Assembly (NCBI GenBank): GCA_013265495.1
Contig: MU059829.1
Coordinates: 3,782,001-3,846,000 of the forward strand
Direction of reading: 5' to 3'
Source: Vicugna vicugna
Lineage: Eukaryota
Length of the DNA: 64,000 nt
The position numbers and the translations under genes were made by a program. A model generated the notes under the pieces. That model saw only the letters and a program-made list of their open reading frames with translations, ran no database searches and was not told the origin of the DNA. Of the stretch, positions 11,201 to 24,000 are shown in pieces (position 1 is the stretch's first letter; each line of letters opens with the position of its first letter).

Positions 11201-14172
11201 CTACCTAACACATTAGCGCCGACGGGCTGGCCCAGTGACCCGTCAGCACCTGGCACTCAGCGGAAGGGACCGGGCTTGGGAGAAGCAGCCTCATAGACTG
11301 CACCCTGAGCCTTCTTCCATCAAACACAAATGGACGTGTACATGCCCACGTGCACACACTTGGAGGAGAGGGCCCACAGAGCCCCCCCCAGAACACGCAG
11401 ACCCACTGGCCTCCCGCAGCGGCCCCCAGGGCAGGGCGCGCCCAGTGCGGGCTGTGCGGGGACGTTAGACCCCCCGGCGGTGGTTACTTTAATCCCAGTC
11501 TTCTTGCCCGTCTCTCCTGCAAATGTTCTACTTCGTACAAAATATAGTGGAACGTGTACAAATATGAGTAAGCGCACAGTGTGTACGGGGAGGGGGGCTC
11601 CTGCGTCTCTGTCGCCTGCTGGTGCAGGGTGGGCTCCAGGAAGCCTGGCCGGGGGGCACCGGGCGGCAGACACAGCAAGGGGCTGGGCAGCAGGACTTGG
11701 CCGATGCCGAGGAGATGGAGCCCAACTGAAAATTCCGTCCACCGGTCACTTGGAGACCCTCATGCCTGACCACCGCCCGGAGGGCTCCAATCTTTCTCTC
11801 CTTCCCAAGGCCACACTCAGGAACATGTGTCGGCAGCCCGCAGAGTCTAATTCGAGCCTTTACCGCGTGCTCTCAGAAACTGCAAGCAAGTGCTTAAGGG
11901 GCAAAGGGATTTATTTTCTGTTTGGACAGGATCCCAGAACAGACAGAGACGGTCTCCTCTGGTCTCAGTTCTTACCAGCTTCCATGGGGCCCTTTGGCAT
12001 CCCAAAGCAACTATCTGAAGTGCCCAAAAACAGCTCCACGGGAGAAATTAGTAACACTTCATCTATTTTAAAGAGGGACAGACAGAGGTCTAAGTGGCCG
12101 AGGAATTTCTCCTGGGTAGTCAGGCCCCCGTGTCCTCAGACTCTCGGCAGTGCTGACACGGGATTTAAAATTTAACTCAAAGTAGAATTTGAATATCAAA
12201 GTCTAAAAATAAAGTGCAAGAAGAGGTTTGGCCTGGAGCCCTCTGGCGAGGAGAGGGGGTGGTGGTAATGGGACAAAGCACAAGACGGAGCGCTCCAGAC
12301 ACCTTCACACAGGCACAAAGCAGCATTACAATTCTTTGCAGAAATCGAAGTCAGGCCGTGAGTCCCAGGAGAAAATCTTATGAGCGTATAAAATAGTGTC
12401 AAGTGCAGCCTCAATTCGACCAGCACGGAAGGGAACTAAGTTTCCTGTTCGGCGCTTCAGGAATTCGGTGACAGCCGCCAAGGAATATTCATAGGAATAA
12501 ATGTCACTCTTGTAACCGAAGGAAGAGTGGCGGCTGAGCCAGCGGAGGAGGGAGCCAGCACATTCCACAGCACTCAGCCGGCCCGGATCAGATGATGGAA
12601 ACTCAGCAGTTTGGAATGAACAGCTGAGATCAGCTGTAATTTGTGGGCTCCCCCGGGCTCTTTTCCTGAAAAATACCCACATTTCATCTGCTCAGAGCGT
12701 CCCAACGCGGGTAAGCCTATTGGGAGAAAAGCTGGTCTGGGAAATTTCCTTTCCCAGATTCCTCGAATACTTGCGAGACTGCGCAAACGCCAAGCACATC
12801 GGAGGAGGAAGGAGACCCCTCCTGCCGTCTCTGTCTCCTGGGGCCTCGCTGGTTCAAAGCCCCTGTCATTCCCAACAGAGACGTAGAAGCTGCCAACACT
12901 AGTGTGAACAGGACCTTTCACGCTTGAGAAAAGGAATTCGTTTCGCTTTTTAAAACAGTAACTAAAACGCAGCTTGAAAACAAACCAGTTGCTACCTCAA
13001 ACTTACCCTAAGTAGCCACAGGGCGGCCCAAGTTGGTTAGAAAAGGGTCACCCGGTCCCCAGATAAAGACACTCCTCGAAGTGAAGGCAGACTCTCCCTA
13101 GCTGGCATGGCTACCTGCCTGTGGAAGTTTCTGGGAAGTCTGGAAATCAAGCGAGAGTGGGCTGCCTAGGTGCCCCCCCACCTCCAACCCTCTGCCGTCC
13201 TCGTCCCGGCGGAAGCAGGAGCCCGAAGCTGACACCCACATCCAGTCCCTCAGCAAAGCCTCCGGCTCCACGCAAAGCCGGCCCATGCCCAGCCCCCGGC
13301 TCCCCATACCCCCGGTCCAAGCCCCCCGTCTCTCTCGAATTCAGCCAGGCTGTCCGACACTCGGCCCTTCCACCCACCCGCAGTCAGAGTGACCCTCCTG
13401 AAGCTAAGTCAGGTCTCCCCCTTCCCGCCTCTGCGGTCTCCCCGTGGCCCCCGAGGACCGGCCGACGTCTTGGCGATGGCTGCAGGCAGGGGCTCCTCGC
13501 GGTCCTGGAGACACCTGTGCCCTCCTGTCCCCCAGGCCCCCCACTGCGGTCCTGGGGCCCGAACCTCCTCCCCGCACCTCCCTGTCCCCCCACGCTCCCC
13601 ATGAGCCCTGCCCCGAGACAGCTTCCCCACGAGGGCCTGCCCGGCCCCGAAGCACCACACCCGCCCCGGCCCCCGCCCGGTAGCAGCGCTCACCCCCTCT
13701 GACCCACTGTGGCTCACTGACACTCGCCGTCGGACACGGGGAGGAACCCGAGGTTGTTTCACTCGCCTGTATGTACTACATGTTTCCAATTTGTCATGAG
13801 AAAAAACCAGACATTAGATTTCCTGGAAGAGTCGGCTCAGTGATTGCTGCCCAAACCTGGCGGGGACGCGGCAGGCTGCTGACCAGGGCCGTCTCTGCCT
13901 CTCCCTGCGCCCTCACACCTGGACACCCTTGTCCTTCCTCCCACCCTTTGTCCTTTCGTCCCCTCTTTGTTCCTGGAGCAGCCTGGGCAGAGCAGAGTCC
14001 ACGTCCCTCGGGCCTGACACCCAGGTCACTAGCGTTGTGTCCACCGCCCGTCTCATTAGCTGGGAAACGCCACGACGTCGCGCAGGACACAGACGTGGGG
14101 CCCCCTGTTGTGTGTGGAGGGAGGAGCATGTGGGCAGGTGCTGGGGGTGCACGGCCGAGTCCCAGCTCTCAC

Positions 14173-14265
14173 CTGTTGATCTCCAGCGTGTGGACCCCAT
14201 ACTTGCTCTCGATACTGTACTTCCCCGGCTCCCCCGCCTGGCAGATCAGGCTGCCGTCTTTATAC
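14173..14265 (-). CDS. MYOM2: Myomesin-2 exon 6 (93 nt): (W)YKDGSLICQAGEPGKYSIESKYGVHTLEIN(R)
   Basis: Matches recalled MYOM2; acceptor ttcag|G, donor AG|gtgaga. Confidence 0.97.
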
Positions 14266-15314
14266 CTGAATGAGGGAAGCACTGCTCTGAGCATACAGGC
14301 AGACAGGGCCCGGGCAGGTGTCCCCTCATCGCCCCAGCGCGTCATGGCCCTGCCTCTGCCAGCGTCACCTCCCAGATCACAGCTCAGAGGCCCGGGGCCC
14401 AGCTCAGCTGTTAGGGACAGAGCGGCTCCGGCAAGATGCAGACCCCTGGGCAATCCTGAACTCCAACGGAGCCTGGGCCAGCGGTCCCCCTGAACCTGTT
14501 AGGAACCAAGGTCATGTCCTTCCATAGAAAAAATGGAGCCAATGTCGGGGAGGCCCTGGGGCAGCCTCCCGAGGCCACAGCGGAGCTGCGACGCGTGTGG
14601 AGGGTTCTGTGGGACCCAACCCCACCGGATCCTGCCTGGAGGATGCTGCCCTCGCCGTCCCCCAGGGCAGCAGGACTGCAGCTCCCCAAAACCAAGGCCG
14701 AGCGGCTCTCGGCCTCCCCAGCCCACCGCCTGCGTGGCCAGAGGAACAGGGCTCTGCTCTTCTGCTCTGCCCCGTGCGGGACACGGGCGGCACGGCTGTG
14801 GGTCTGCGGCGAACGGCAGACTCCGGCAGCACTCCCACCGAGTGGGAGAACACAGGGACGGGGTGTCAGCTTGAGAAGCACATGCTGAAACGGAAGTGTC
14901 AGTGGGGCTCAGAGATTCAATTTTTCAACATCACGCGACTGGAGGGACCCTCGCTCCGTGGTCTGGAGCCTCGGAGCTTGGAGCCTCCCTTACGAGTCTG
15001 CACAGGCGTGAAAGCAGTGCCACCGGTGGAAACGCTGGTCACGTCAGGGAGCCTGGCTGTAAACAAAAGTCCTCTGGAAGCTCAGCTGGGTCAGGTTCCC
15101 AAAAATGAAAGCACTTGCCCAGGATTTCCAGTGTCCACCCCACCCCCACCCCAGCCTGCTCCTAGGCCTGTGCATGCGTTTCCCAGAGTTTCAAGCACGC
15201 TGGTGGGTGGAATGGGTGTCATGTGCCATGTGTCCCCGGCGGGTGGACCTTCTCCATCAGCTCAGGTGAGCCGCCCGCTGCAGAGGAACCCCCTCCCAAA
15301 GGGACCCCACTCAC

Positions 15315-15472
15315 CACTGCACCACAGGAGTGGGGAAGCCCTGCACCGTGAAACACAGCTTGACGGGCATCCGCTCCCACACGGTGTGTGACCTCAGCCG
15401 CACCAGGATCTCGGGCGCTCGACTCAGCCGCTCCTCGTACGAGGGCCTCTCCCAGGCCAGCCTGTCGTCCAC
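15315..15472 (-). CDS. MYOM2: Myomesin-2 exon 5 (158 nt): VDDRLAWERPSYEERLSRAPEILVRLRSHTVWERMPVKLCFTVQGFPTPVVQ(W)
   Basis: Translated by hand (absent from the ORF track); acceptor gggacag|GTG, donor TG|gtgagt; 85-nt intron separates it from exon 4. Confidence 0.96.
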
Positions 15473-15557
15473 CTGTCCCGGGAGGCGAGCGGTCGGGCGT
15501 GCGGAGGGCGCCAGGCTCCCGCCGTCAGGCGTCCCCCAGGCAGCCCCGAGCCCCTAC

Positions 15558-15696
15558 CATGTGCTGCAGGGCGAATCTGTCCAGCTTGTCCTGAGCGTGG
15601 GAGCGAGCCAGGTGCACGTCCTCCTCCAGCTGAGCCAGCTCTCGGAGGAAGCGCTCCCGCTTGGCCTCCCCGTAGGCGGCCACCAGCGACTGGTAC
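15558..15696 (-). CDS. MYOM2: Myomesin-2 exon 4 (139 nt): (R)YQSLVAAYGEAKRERFLRELAQLEEDVHLARSHAQDKLDRFALQHM
   Basis: Matches recalled MYOM2; acceptor ccgcag|G, donor ATG|gtaggg. Confidence 0.97.
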
Positions 15697-18600
15697 CTGC
15701 GGAACCAAGCAGCCACGTCAGTCCCGGGCCACGGGCCACGGGCACATGGTCACAGAAGGCCTGGGACCAGACACGCGCTCCCCCAGGACTTCCCTACGTG
15801 GGCACGACTTCTGTTCTCGTGGCCTCTGTCTTTCCAGAGCCGCACGTTGGCAAGCGTGTTAAATCCGCATGTGAAGGGCTATAAGGAAAAGCGGGTGCAA
15901 GACTGGTGGCCAGACATCCGCCCGCCTTCCTCCTGCAGAGGCTGCAGCCTCGCCACCAGCACCCACCGGGCGCTCACTCCCGGGCGTGGGCGTTGGAAGT
16001 GGCCCTGTGTGGGGCGCAGGTCCCCACGGCCACGGCAGGCACAGGGCGCCGTCCCACAGCGAGTCCGCGGCCCCTGAAGCCAGACCACTCCTCTCCCCTT
16101 GTGCACGAGGCAGCTCGCGCCCAGCAGGTGCTCAGCGCAGACTACGCTTCGCTGTGAGTCGCCGAGCCCTCCAGGACTCGGCCTCCCTGTTTGTAAAGCA
16201 AGGAGGCGGCTGCCTTCAGAGCTTGAGACTCGGGGGTGGGGTCCTGGGGGCAGAGGCTGCTGGCGGTCAGCTCCCACATCTGAGACTTCAGGGAACGCCG
16301 GGCCCCGTGGGCGGGCTGCCTCTGCGGGACAGCAGACAGAACCACTTGTGTGGGGAGGTTGCCAAAGACTGAATTGAAGCCCTTTGAATGAACAGATGCA
16401 GATAAGAAGTAAGTCTGTGTTCTAGAAAAATAAAAAGGCTGAAATACACAACTCAGCTTCTAACCTGCGGGGCCAGAGAAATGAGGGCCACCTCTGGAGC
16501 CCCGCGGGCCTCACCCCGGCCCAGCGCTGCCTCCGCGCTCCAGGCCGGCCGGCTCCCCTCTTCCCCACTGCGTTCCCGAGGTCCCCGCAAAGCCAGAGGC
16601 TTGCTGTTCCAGGGGCTGTGTGGGGAGGGAAGGCGGCTGAACAGTGTGCAGGCGGCAGAGCCGGGAGCAGGGGAGCTGCGTGGAGGAGAACTGGCTCCTG
16701 CGAGTTTTAGGCACCGGTGCCCGTCACAGGTCACCCATCACACCAGCTGCAACCCCTTCCCCGTCCGGGGCCACACACACAGGAGCTGCTCTGCGAGTCC
16801 GCATTGGAGGAGCAGTGAGCGCCGTCCTCAGAGGGCTTGCAGGAAACGAGCCCCCCTGTTTGCAGGGAATCCCACGAACTTCCAGTGACAGCAAAGGCAA
16901 ACCTCTGTTCGTGCCACAAACTGTCACGAGAAGCCGAAAGGCCAGAAGTCCCACCGGGAACTTGTGTAAGATTCCTACGTGTGTTGGACTCGCCAGCAGC
17001 ATCACCCCCCACCCAATGTTTTATACTAACTACTAGGCCTGGAGTTGCTTCCCCCGACCCAGCCCCGAGCCCCGTGACCCAGACACGGAGGACGTGTCCC
17101 TGCTGGCCTGGGGTGAGGTCTCATGGCTCCGGCCTCTTGTGCAGAATGTCACTCATCCTGCATCCGCCCTCATCGCGAGCCCCTCGGACAGCTGCACCGG
17201 GCTGGGAGGCCCACTTTCCACAGGACACAAGTAGGGGCATCAAAGGGACATTTCTAATCCGCCGTGTCTGCCAGGAGGACACGCCAAGACCCTTCAGAGC
17301 ACAGTGATGCTCTGCTGGAGTTTACATGAAGACACAAGCTTAGCTCACACTCATGATCCCAGACCTTCATCCTCTCAAAGGACTGACCTGTCCTGCGAGT
17401 GAAACCAGGACCTGGCACAGGAGGTCGGTCACGCCCAGGGCCAGCAAGGGCGGTGAACCGTCACGACAAGGACTGGGGCTCACTTAACGGCTCCCATCAC
17501 CCTGGCCCGGGCCAGGAACAGAGCAGGAATTGCAATAAAATCTCCATTAACCCTGGCCCCGCTCACCGAAACCCACAATTACTTAGATTTACTTTTAAAG
17601 GAGGAAAGACCTAATTTCAGTAAGATCGTTCACAGGGAAGACGTGCACACGGCTGTGAGAACAGAACATCGTGAGGCCGTGCAGTGCAGACTCTCAGAGC
17701 ACGGACGCTGGGCTCCGGGGAGAGCGGCACACGCCGACCCCCACCCGCCGCGCCTGCCCCGACGGCCTGCCGTCTGCCCTGAGCGGAGGGACACAGCGAG
17801 ACCCCAGTCAGTCACCAGTCATCAAAATACGTTCTCGAGCCAGGTTTGCTGTTGCGGGAGAGCAGCTTCGCATGTTCCCGGAAGGTTTCCAACAGCCAGG
17901 ATTGTCCAGAAACTTTTTTTTTGGCTGAAACCACACAAATCACAATAACCCACTTCCTGATCGCTCAAATTAATACAAGTTTACTTCCCGCACTTCACCC
18001 CAGGAAACTGAGGGCAAAGACGTTTATACAACGAGCTCACACCAAGGTACAATGGATGAAGACAAAGTTATGGAGCTCTAGCCTTCCCAGTCCCCAGGCC
18101 GAAGTCCTCAGAAGAGGGAGGACCCTCTCCTGACCCAACGCCTGGAAACCCAGACTTCCTAACGTGCACATTTTGCAGTGACTCTTTCACAAAAGAAGTC
18201 TGCATCTGGCTGTAAAATTAGCTTACAGGACAAAGTGCCCACAAGGCAGCTAATAGAGCGTTCAGACTTTTAAAAGCACAGGCTAGTCTCTCCGGCGAGC
18301 TGGTATCTTTATTAAGCAGCTTCCTTACTCATAGTGCAACTTTCAAACTGGAACTTGTTTACCCAAATCTCATTCTTCCTTCTGGTTTGGGGCGTTTGAC
18401 TGAAATAGAGACAAATTTCTAGAAATAAATATCAGACGGAGGTAAGGAAAAAACTGCAGGTACAAAGTGAAGCATTCACAAGATGATTAACTGCTTTGTT
18501 CTTAAAAGGCCTGAGGGCGGGGGCCACCTGTCTCTCTAGGAGCTGGAAACAATCCCAGGACCGGTGTCCCTGCTCCTCCACCTCACCCCTGTGATGCGCC

Positions 18601-19130
18601 CCCGTGAGCCGAGTCCATTGAGCCGCGGAGCGCGAGGGGGGCAGGGCCCTGCCGCTCCGTCTGCGCCCGGACCACTGGCCCCTGTCTGGACCCCCTGCCG
18701 GCGCCTAAAGCTCAGGGCTGCTCCTCAGCCACCGAAGAGGCTGTGAGAGGACATTCAGAAGCCTCAGTTCCCGCCCCTGGGTCTTGATGCTTCTGAGCGT
18801 GACAACCTTGATCTCTGGGGAAAGGTAGCGAGTCTGGGGGCCGAGGGACAGCGGCCTGAGGCCAAAGTCCAGCTGCGACACGGAGGCCATGGATGTGAGT
18901 CCTCTGGGTCCAGAGTCGTCTCCACATGAGGATGCAGAAGTCCATCCCACCTGCTCTCCAGTTGGGGTTGGTCGAGATGGAGATGGTGGCAAAGTGATTG
19001 CATGTGGTCACCGCAGCAGGTGCTCCCCTCCCTGCTCGCTCACGGCCCCCTTCTTCCTCCGACCCGCAGAGCCCCTCCCAGATCCCCGGGCAGTGTGTCT
19101 GGGCGACAGCTGCGGGGGGTGGGGGGTTAC

Positions 19131-19292
19131 CTCCTCTTAGTCTCCTGCGCCTCCTCCTCCTCCAGGGCGGCGCTCACCCTCTTCGCACAGATCCTGCAGG
19201 TCGTCGCTCCTTCCGCCGTCTGGCTGGATGCTCTCTGGGAAGACGACTTCTGGGCGACAGTCTTCTGGGAGGACGACCGGGTGGACGTACGC
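19131..19292 (-). CDS. MYOM2: Myomesin-2 exon 3 (162 nt): (K)RTSTRSSSQKTVAQKSSSQRASSQTAEGATTCRICAKRVSAALEEEEAQETKR(R)
   Basis: SSQ repeats, CxxC and KRVS match the recalled MYOM2 head domain; acceptor ccccaag|G, donor AG|gtaacc; phase 2 to 2. Confidence 0.94.
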
Positions 19293-20100
19293 CTTGGGGA
19301 ATGGTGACAAACTGCACGTGTTAGGGAAGTACAGAAATGTGCCGCCACAAACCACGGCACTGTCCCTCCTTGCACAGGTCAGGCATCTGCACACGCAAGC
19401 AGGCAGGCACATGTGTGTGCTTCCCATCCACGTGAACACAGTGCACACACACCCCCGTCTGCCCACACGCTCAGCCTGCACACGTGAGAACACACGCCTC
19501 CACTCAGGCACACGCAGACACACGTGCCGTACACACACGCATGCACACCCCCCACATCCCTGTGCGTGGCCTCCACCCCCGTGTGCACAGCCCGCCCCTC
19601 CGAGGGGCGCTCTTCCAGCCCAAGCTGCCCGCCACCCCCTTCAGGACCAGTGAGTGCCTTCAGCTCTGTTGGCCCGAGGCCATGGTTATATATATCTGAA
19701 GGGATCTGAGGCTCCCCAAGGCTGCCGGGAGGCACGGCGAATGTTTGGTTTTGTTTGTCAGCGGGATGGCAACTCACCACAGGGACTGCGGGCGTTTCTA
19801 AACATAGCGTGCGGGGACACGCACGCCAGCGTCTGAGGCCCAGCCGCTCGGGCGTGAACAGATTTGCTTTTTTGCCACGTGTATTGTTAATGTAGCAAAA
19901 TTATCTTTGCTACAGTCTCCCTCTGAACTTGACTCGGTCCCCATCAACTCCATCCCACCGACAGTCTTTTCCAAAAAGCCCTTGCTTTTCGGTGACCTTT
20001 TAGATTCTAGTTCTGGAAGGTGCGTGAAGAGGAGTGAAGTCAAGGAGCACTTTCTGAAGGTCCTGCCTTGTGCCATAAACCAGGGGCTTGGAGCCAGTCT

Positions 20101-20180
20101 ACCAGGCACTCCCAGGATCAGCCGGGATCTCCCAGGGTCTACCAGATTTACCCAGGATCTCCCAGGATCAGCCAGGATCC
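20101..20180. repeat. 10-bp minisatellite, consensus ~CCCAGGATCT x8
   Basis: accaggcact cccaggatca gccgggatct cccagggtct accagattta cccaggatct cccaggatca gccaggatcc. Confidence 0.85.
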
Positions 20181-20377
20181 CGTGTGGCACTCCAACAGAA
20201 TCTGCTGTGCAGCCGGCCCCGCCGTGTCCCCCTCTGGCGCTGGACACGGGCACTGGGGGCACCAGAATCCCTCCCTCCCCAGACCAGTCCGCCTCCAGGT
20301 CTCAGGGCCTGGAGAAAGCTTCCAAAGCTCGTAATCAAAAAAGCTTTGACAGGTCGAATCAGTGAAATCCAACTTAC

Positions 20378-20484
20378 TTTTTCGCTGCATACTCATCCAG
20401 GAGGTACCTTGTTTGAATATTACGGTACGACTGGTCGAAGTGTTTGTGTCTCTTCTGGTAGAAAGGCAGGGTGACAAGGGACAT
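20378..20484 (-). CDS. MYOM2: Myomesin-2 exon 2, coding part (107 nt; exon begins at 20496 with 12 nt of 5' UTR): MSLVTLPFYQKRHKHFDQSYRNIQTRYLLDEYAAK(K)
   Basis: Translated by hand; acceptor ctctctgttcgcag|GTGAACACAAAG-ATG, donor AA|gtaagt; matches the recalled MYOM2 N-terminus. Confidence 0.97.
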
Positions 20485-20620
20485 CTTTGTGTTCACCTGC
20501 GAACAGAGAGCCACAGCAGAGCTGAGGTCCTGAAAGTTCTAAAGCAGTCGGGCTCCTGCGGTGCCTAACGTGCTGCATTGTTCCAAAGCCGGAAATCAAC
20601 TCCAAGTAATAAAACCCTTT

Positions 20621-21090
20621 TACTGCTCGGCCATAAAAAGGAACGAAATAGTGGCATCTGCAGCAACATGGACGGACTTGGGGTTGCCATACTAAGTGAA
20701 GTGAGTCAGACAGAGAAAGATAAATATTACATGGTATCACTGATGTGTGGAATCTTTACAAAATGATACAAGTGAGCTTATTTATAAAACAGAGAGTCTC
20801 AGACATAAAAAACAAACTTACGGTTACCAAAGGGGACAGGCAGGGGAGGGGTAAATTAGGAGTTTGGAGATTAACATACATAGTAAAACAGAGAACCAAC
20901 GGGGTCCTACTGGACAGCACAGGGAACTACACCCAGTGTCTGGTAACAGCCTCCAATGGAAGTGACTCGATAAAGAACAGATGTGTGGATACATACATGC
21001 ACGTATAACTGAGTCACTTCGCTGCACTGACACACTGTAGATCAACAGTACTTCAAGTGAGAAAAGGAAAAAAATAAAAAATTTTAAAAA
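20621..21090 (+). mobile_element. LINE-1 3' end, Cetartiodactyla type (antisense in MYOM2 intron 1)
   Basis: GCCATAAAAAGGAACGAAA..GCAGCAACATGG..AGTGAAGTGAGTCAGACAGAGAAAGA..AGCACAGGGAACTAC.. followed by an A-rich tail. Confidence 0.85.
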
Positions 21091-24000
21091 CCTTCTTGGC
21101 GGGGGAGGGAAGTAAAAGAAGGAGATGTGCGAGGAAATGATCTCGGGCACCTGTCCCATTCCCTGGGACCTGATCTCATTTCGCGTTTGCGTCCATCAAA
21201 ATCAGAAGCTTGGGCTGCACGTCTCACTTCACTGTAAACTCAGCTGCCGTCTACAGAAGCCTGCGTGTGTTCACGGCACTGCGCACGGCCACGCGTGAGA
21301 TAAGGACAAAAATAAAACTCAGATTAGGGATGTAAACAAACCCTGAGGGCACAGGAGACGAGGAGATAAGGCTCCGCGAAGCGAGGAGGGAGCACGCAGG
21401 GCAGCGCGGGGCCGCGGGCAGCCCCGGAGGCCCTGAAGCAGGTGACGTGTTAGAACAGCCCTGACGTCTGGGGAGCTGACAGGGGAGATGGCGGTGCGGG
21501 GAGGGCATCCCAGGAGGCAGGCAGGAGGCAGGAAAACACAGGATCTCAGGACACGAAAGAGGAGACGGGAGAAGCCACTCTGGAAAGACCAGGACCACGG
21601 GTGGAGGGCTCGGCGTCTGCGGCAGGAGTCGGAGCCTCTCGCTGCTCCGGAGGGGGCTTGGAAGAGGAACGAGTCTCCAGGACCCTTCCAGACCCTCCCT
21701 TCTAAAAGCACATCTCACGGCTACTTGCAGATTCGCTGGGCTGGAAGGGCAGGAGTGGGGACTGAGCCCAGCATGGCAGCCTGGGGGACGTGGGGAAGGG
21801 AGCGCTTTTCGGCTAAATTCTCCCCCAACGAGAAGTCACTGAGACCCGGCCAGCAGCCTGGGACGTGGGGGGGCCAGCGCGGGCGGGCGGAGGCCCTCTG
21901 CCGCACACAATCCCCCAGGGAAAGAAAACGCCAACTTCCTGGGCACCGGGCTCTTTCTGAAAAAGACGTGCGGACGGCACTCCTAACTCTGTGAGCGTTA
22001 GCCTCCCAAAGGCAGGGGCTCGAGAGCCCCTCCAGGCCTGAGCCCTGCGCACGCCACTTGTGTTTACACTGCAATAATCTGCCTGGTTTAAAGGAGGAAC
22101 CCTCAGGAGGCCCCAGGGCACAGCCCAGGGGACAGAAGAATGGAAACCAGGAGCAGGAATGCCAGGCCGTGCCCTGAAATGGGTCGTTAAGTTCACTCTC
22201 CCCCCGCGCACACACCTCTAAGCGGATGGTGGAAAACTTACCGAAACACATAACCCATCCCAAGTCTGTGCCTCACAGTCAGTTTCCATCAGACGGTGAT
22301 CCCCTAGGATCGCAGAGCTGTGGCACTTGGGAGGATCCTCAGTGTCCAAACCCCTGCTCTTCGGGGGAGGCTGGGCAGGGCAGGGGACCCGGTGGCCACA
22401 GAGGAGAAATGGTCTCCCGAAAACGATATGGAAAGGGCTGGCCATCCACAGGTCATCAGACTCCTATTTCTGGGCATTTTACACTTTTCCGCACTAACTC
22501 ATCTCAAAAGTCCCTCTTAAAAACCAACTAGTCCACCAACCACCATGAATCCACTAAGGGTCCAGCGTGTGTCCTATAGCACGTGGCATAAAACTGACTA
22601 TAAATGTGCAGCAGAAAGCTGCACCTACTGGGACGCAGTGAACACACATCCCCTCCACCCTGCCTGTCCGACGGACACGCCATGAGGCTGAGGTCAAGTG
22701 CACAGGCTGTGACATCTGACAGACCTACTGACTCCACACTTCGGTGTGACCTTGGGCTAACCTGTCGCACCTCTAACACAGGTAGTCTCCTGGATCCACA
22801 CAGTGCTTGGCACCGTGCTTCATGGGGAGTAACTGCCAGAACCGGGGGGGCCCCACACGCTCTTGCTGTTTGCTGCTGCTGTTAAGCTGAATTCTGCAGG
22901 TAGGAGGAGGCATCCACAAGCATGTACTGATCACTCTAATATCTGCAACATCCCCAGCTGCAGCTCAGTGGGTCTGCTAACGAGTGACTCAAGGTGAATC
23001 ATGAAGAAAAGCTTCTCGCTCATAACGGTACACATTCCATTTGCTGTCCCTGGAGTGCCCTGTGCTGGGGAAAGCTCACGGAGCGGGCGTGCTGGGGGCA
23101 GATGTCACCACTCCGAATCAGTTTTGTCTCCGAGACACCTTCTCCGAGGTACCTGCCCAAATGCAGGGAAAGTCAGCCACACCAGAATGCCCAGAGCAAT
23201 CCCCGTGGCTGCCACTGCCCTGGTGTCCCTGCCCTGTCACAATATTTACCTACATCTGTGTTGTTACCCTTCAAATCTCTCTGCATTTCTTGGCAGAGGG
23301 CAGGGTCCAAGAGTGGCCTGGGTGACAGGAGAGGATAAGCTATCTTGACACATTTAAACTGTGGCAGCCAGCACCCCCAAAAGAGGCGGCCCCCACTTGA
23401 CAAGATGCTGCTCTTGTTTTGAACGTGGAAGGGTTGGGAAAGGTCAGCGGTGCCCACAGCTGGTGACCGTGTACCTTTAACTGGTCTGCACTGTGCAGTT
23501 CAGCGCTCCGTGCACGGGCCACACCCGGCGTGTCTAGGGGATGGTGTGATAGGAGCCTGTGTGACCTGCAAGTCCTCACACTTTCCGCTGGGAGCAGACA
23601 CTTCAAACAGAGGAGGGACGTGGGCCACAGTCAGGTGGACATGTTTCCGGGGCCCCTTGCTCCGAGGGCAGACTTACTGCTCCCACATCCCCTCAAGACA
23701 AGGTGGCAGCAAGCAGGCACTCGTCCCCCGGTGCTTGCTGTCACTGAAGGACAGTCATGGGGGGGCCAGCAACCCAGGGGCTTCAGGACTCTCCCCGTTG
23801 TTTGCCCTGCACACCTGGAGCACCTGCCGCATGCCCGCCAAGCCTGGACCAGGGAACCGTAGCATTTCAAGGACAGAAACATCTCAGACGCCTGCTCCTG
23901 GGATGGTAGCAAACCCCGTCTTCCGTGCCTCTGACCCCACCCCGGGAGTGCCCGCAGGGCCACCACACAGCCCGAGCCCACGCCCAGGGCACTCATTTGG

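Noticed and set aside
20101-20180. Short periodic array as a CRISPR-like or coding repeat
   Set aside because: Mammalian intron, 10-bp head-to-tail units with no spacers: an ordinary minisatellite.
22720-22780. CCAAGGTCA (ERR/NR5A-like, on the minus strand) in intron 1
   Set aside because: Lies in an apparent MIR fragment whose consensus contains TGTGACCTTGGG; not informative alone.
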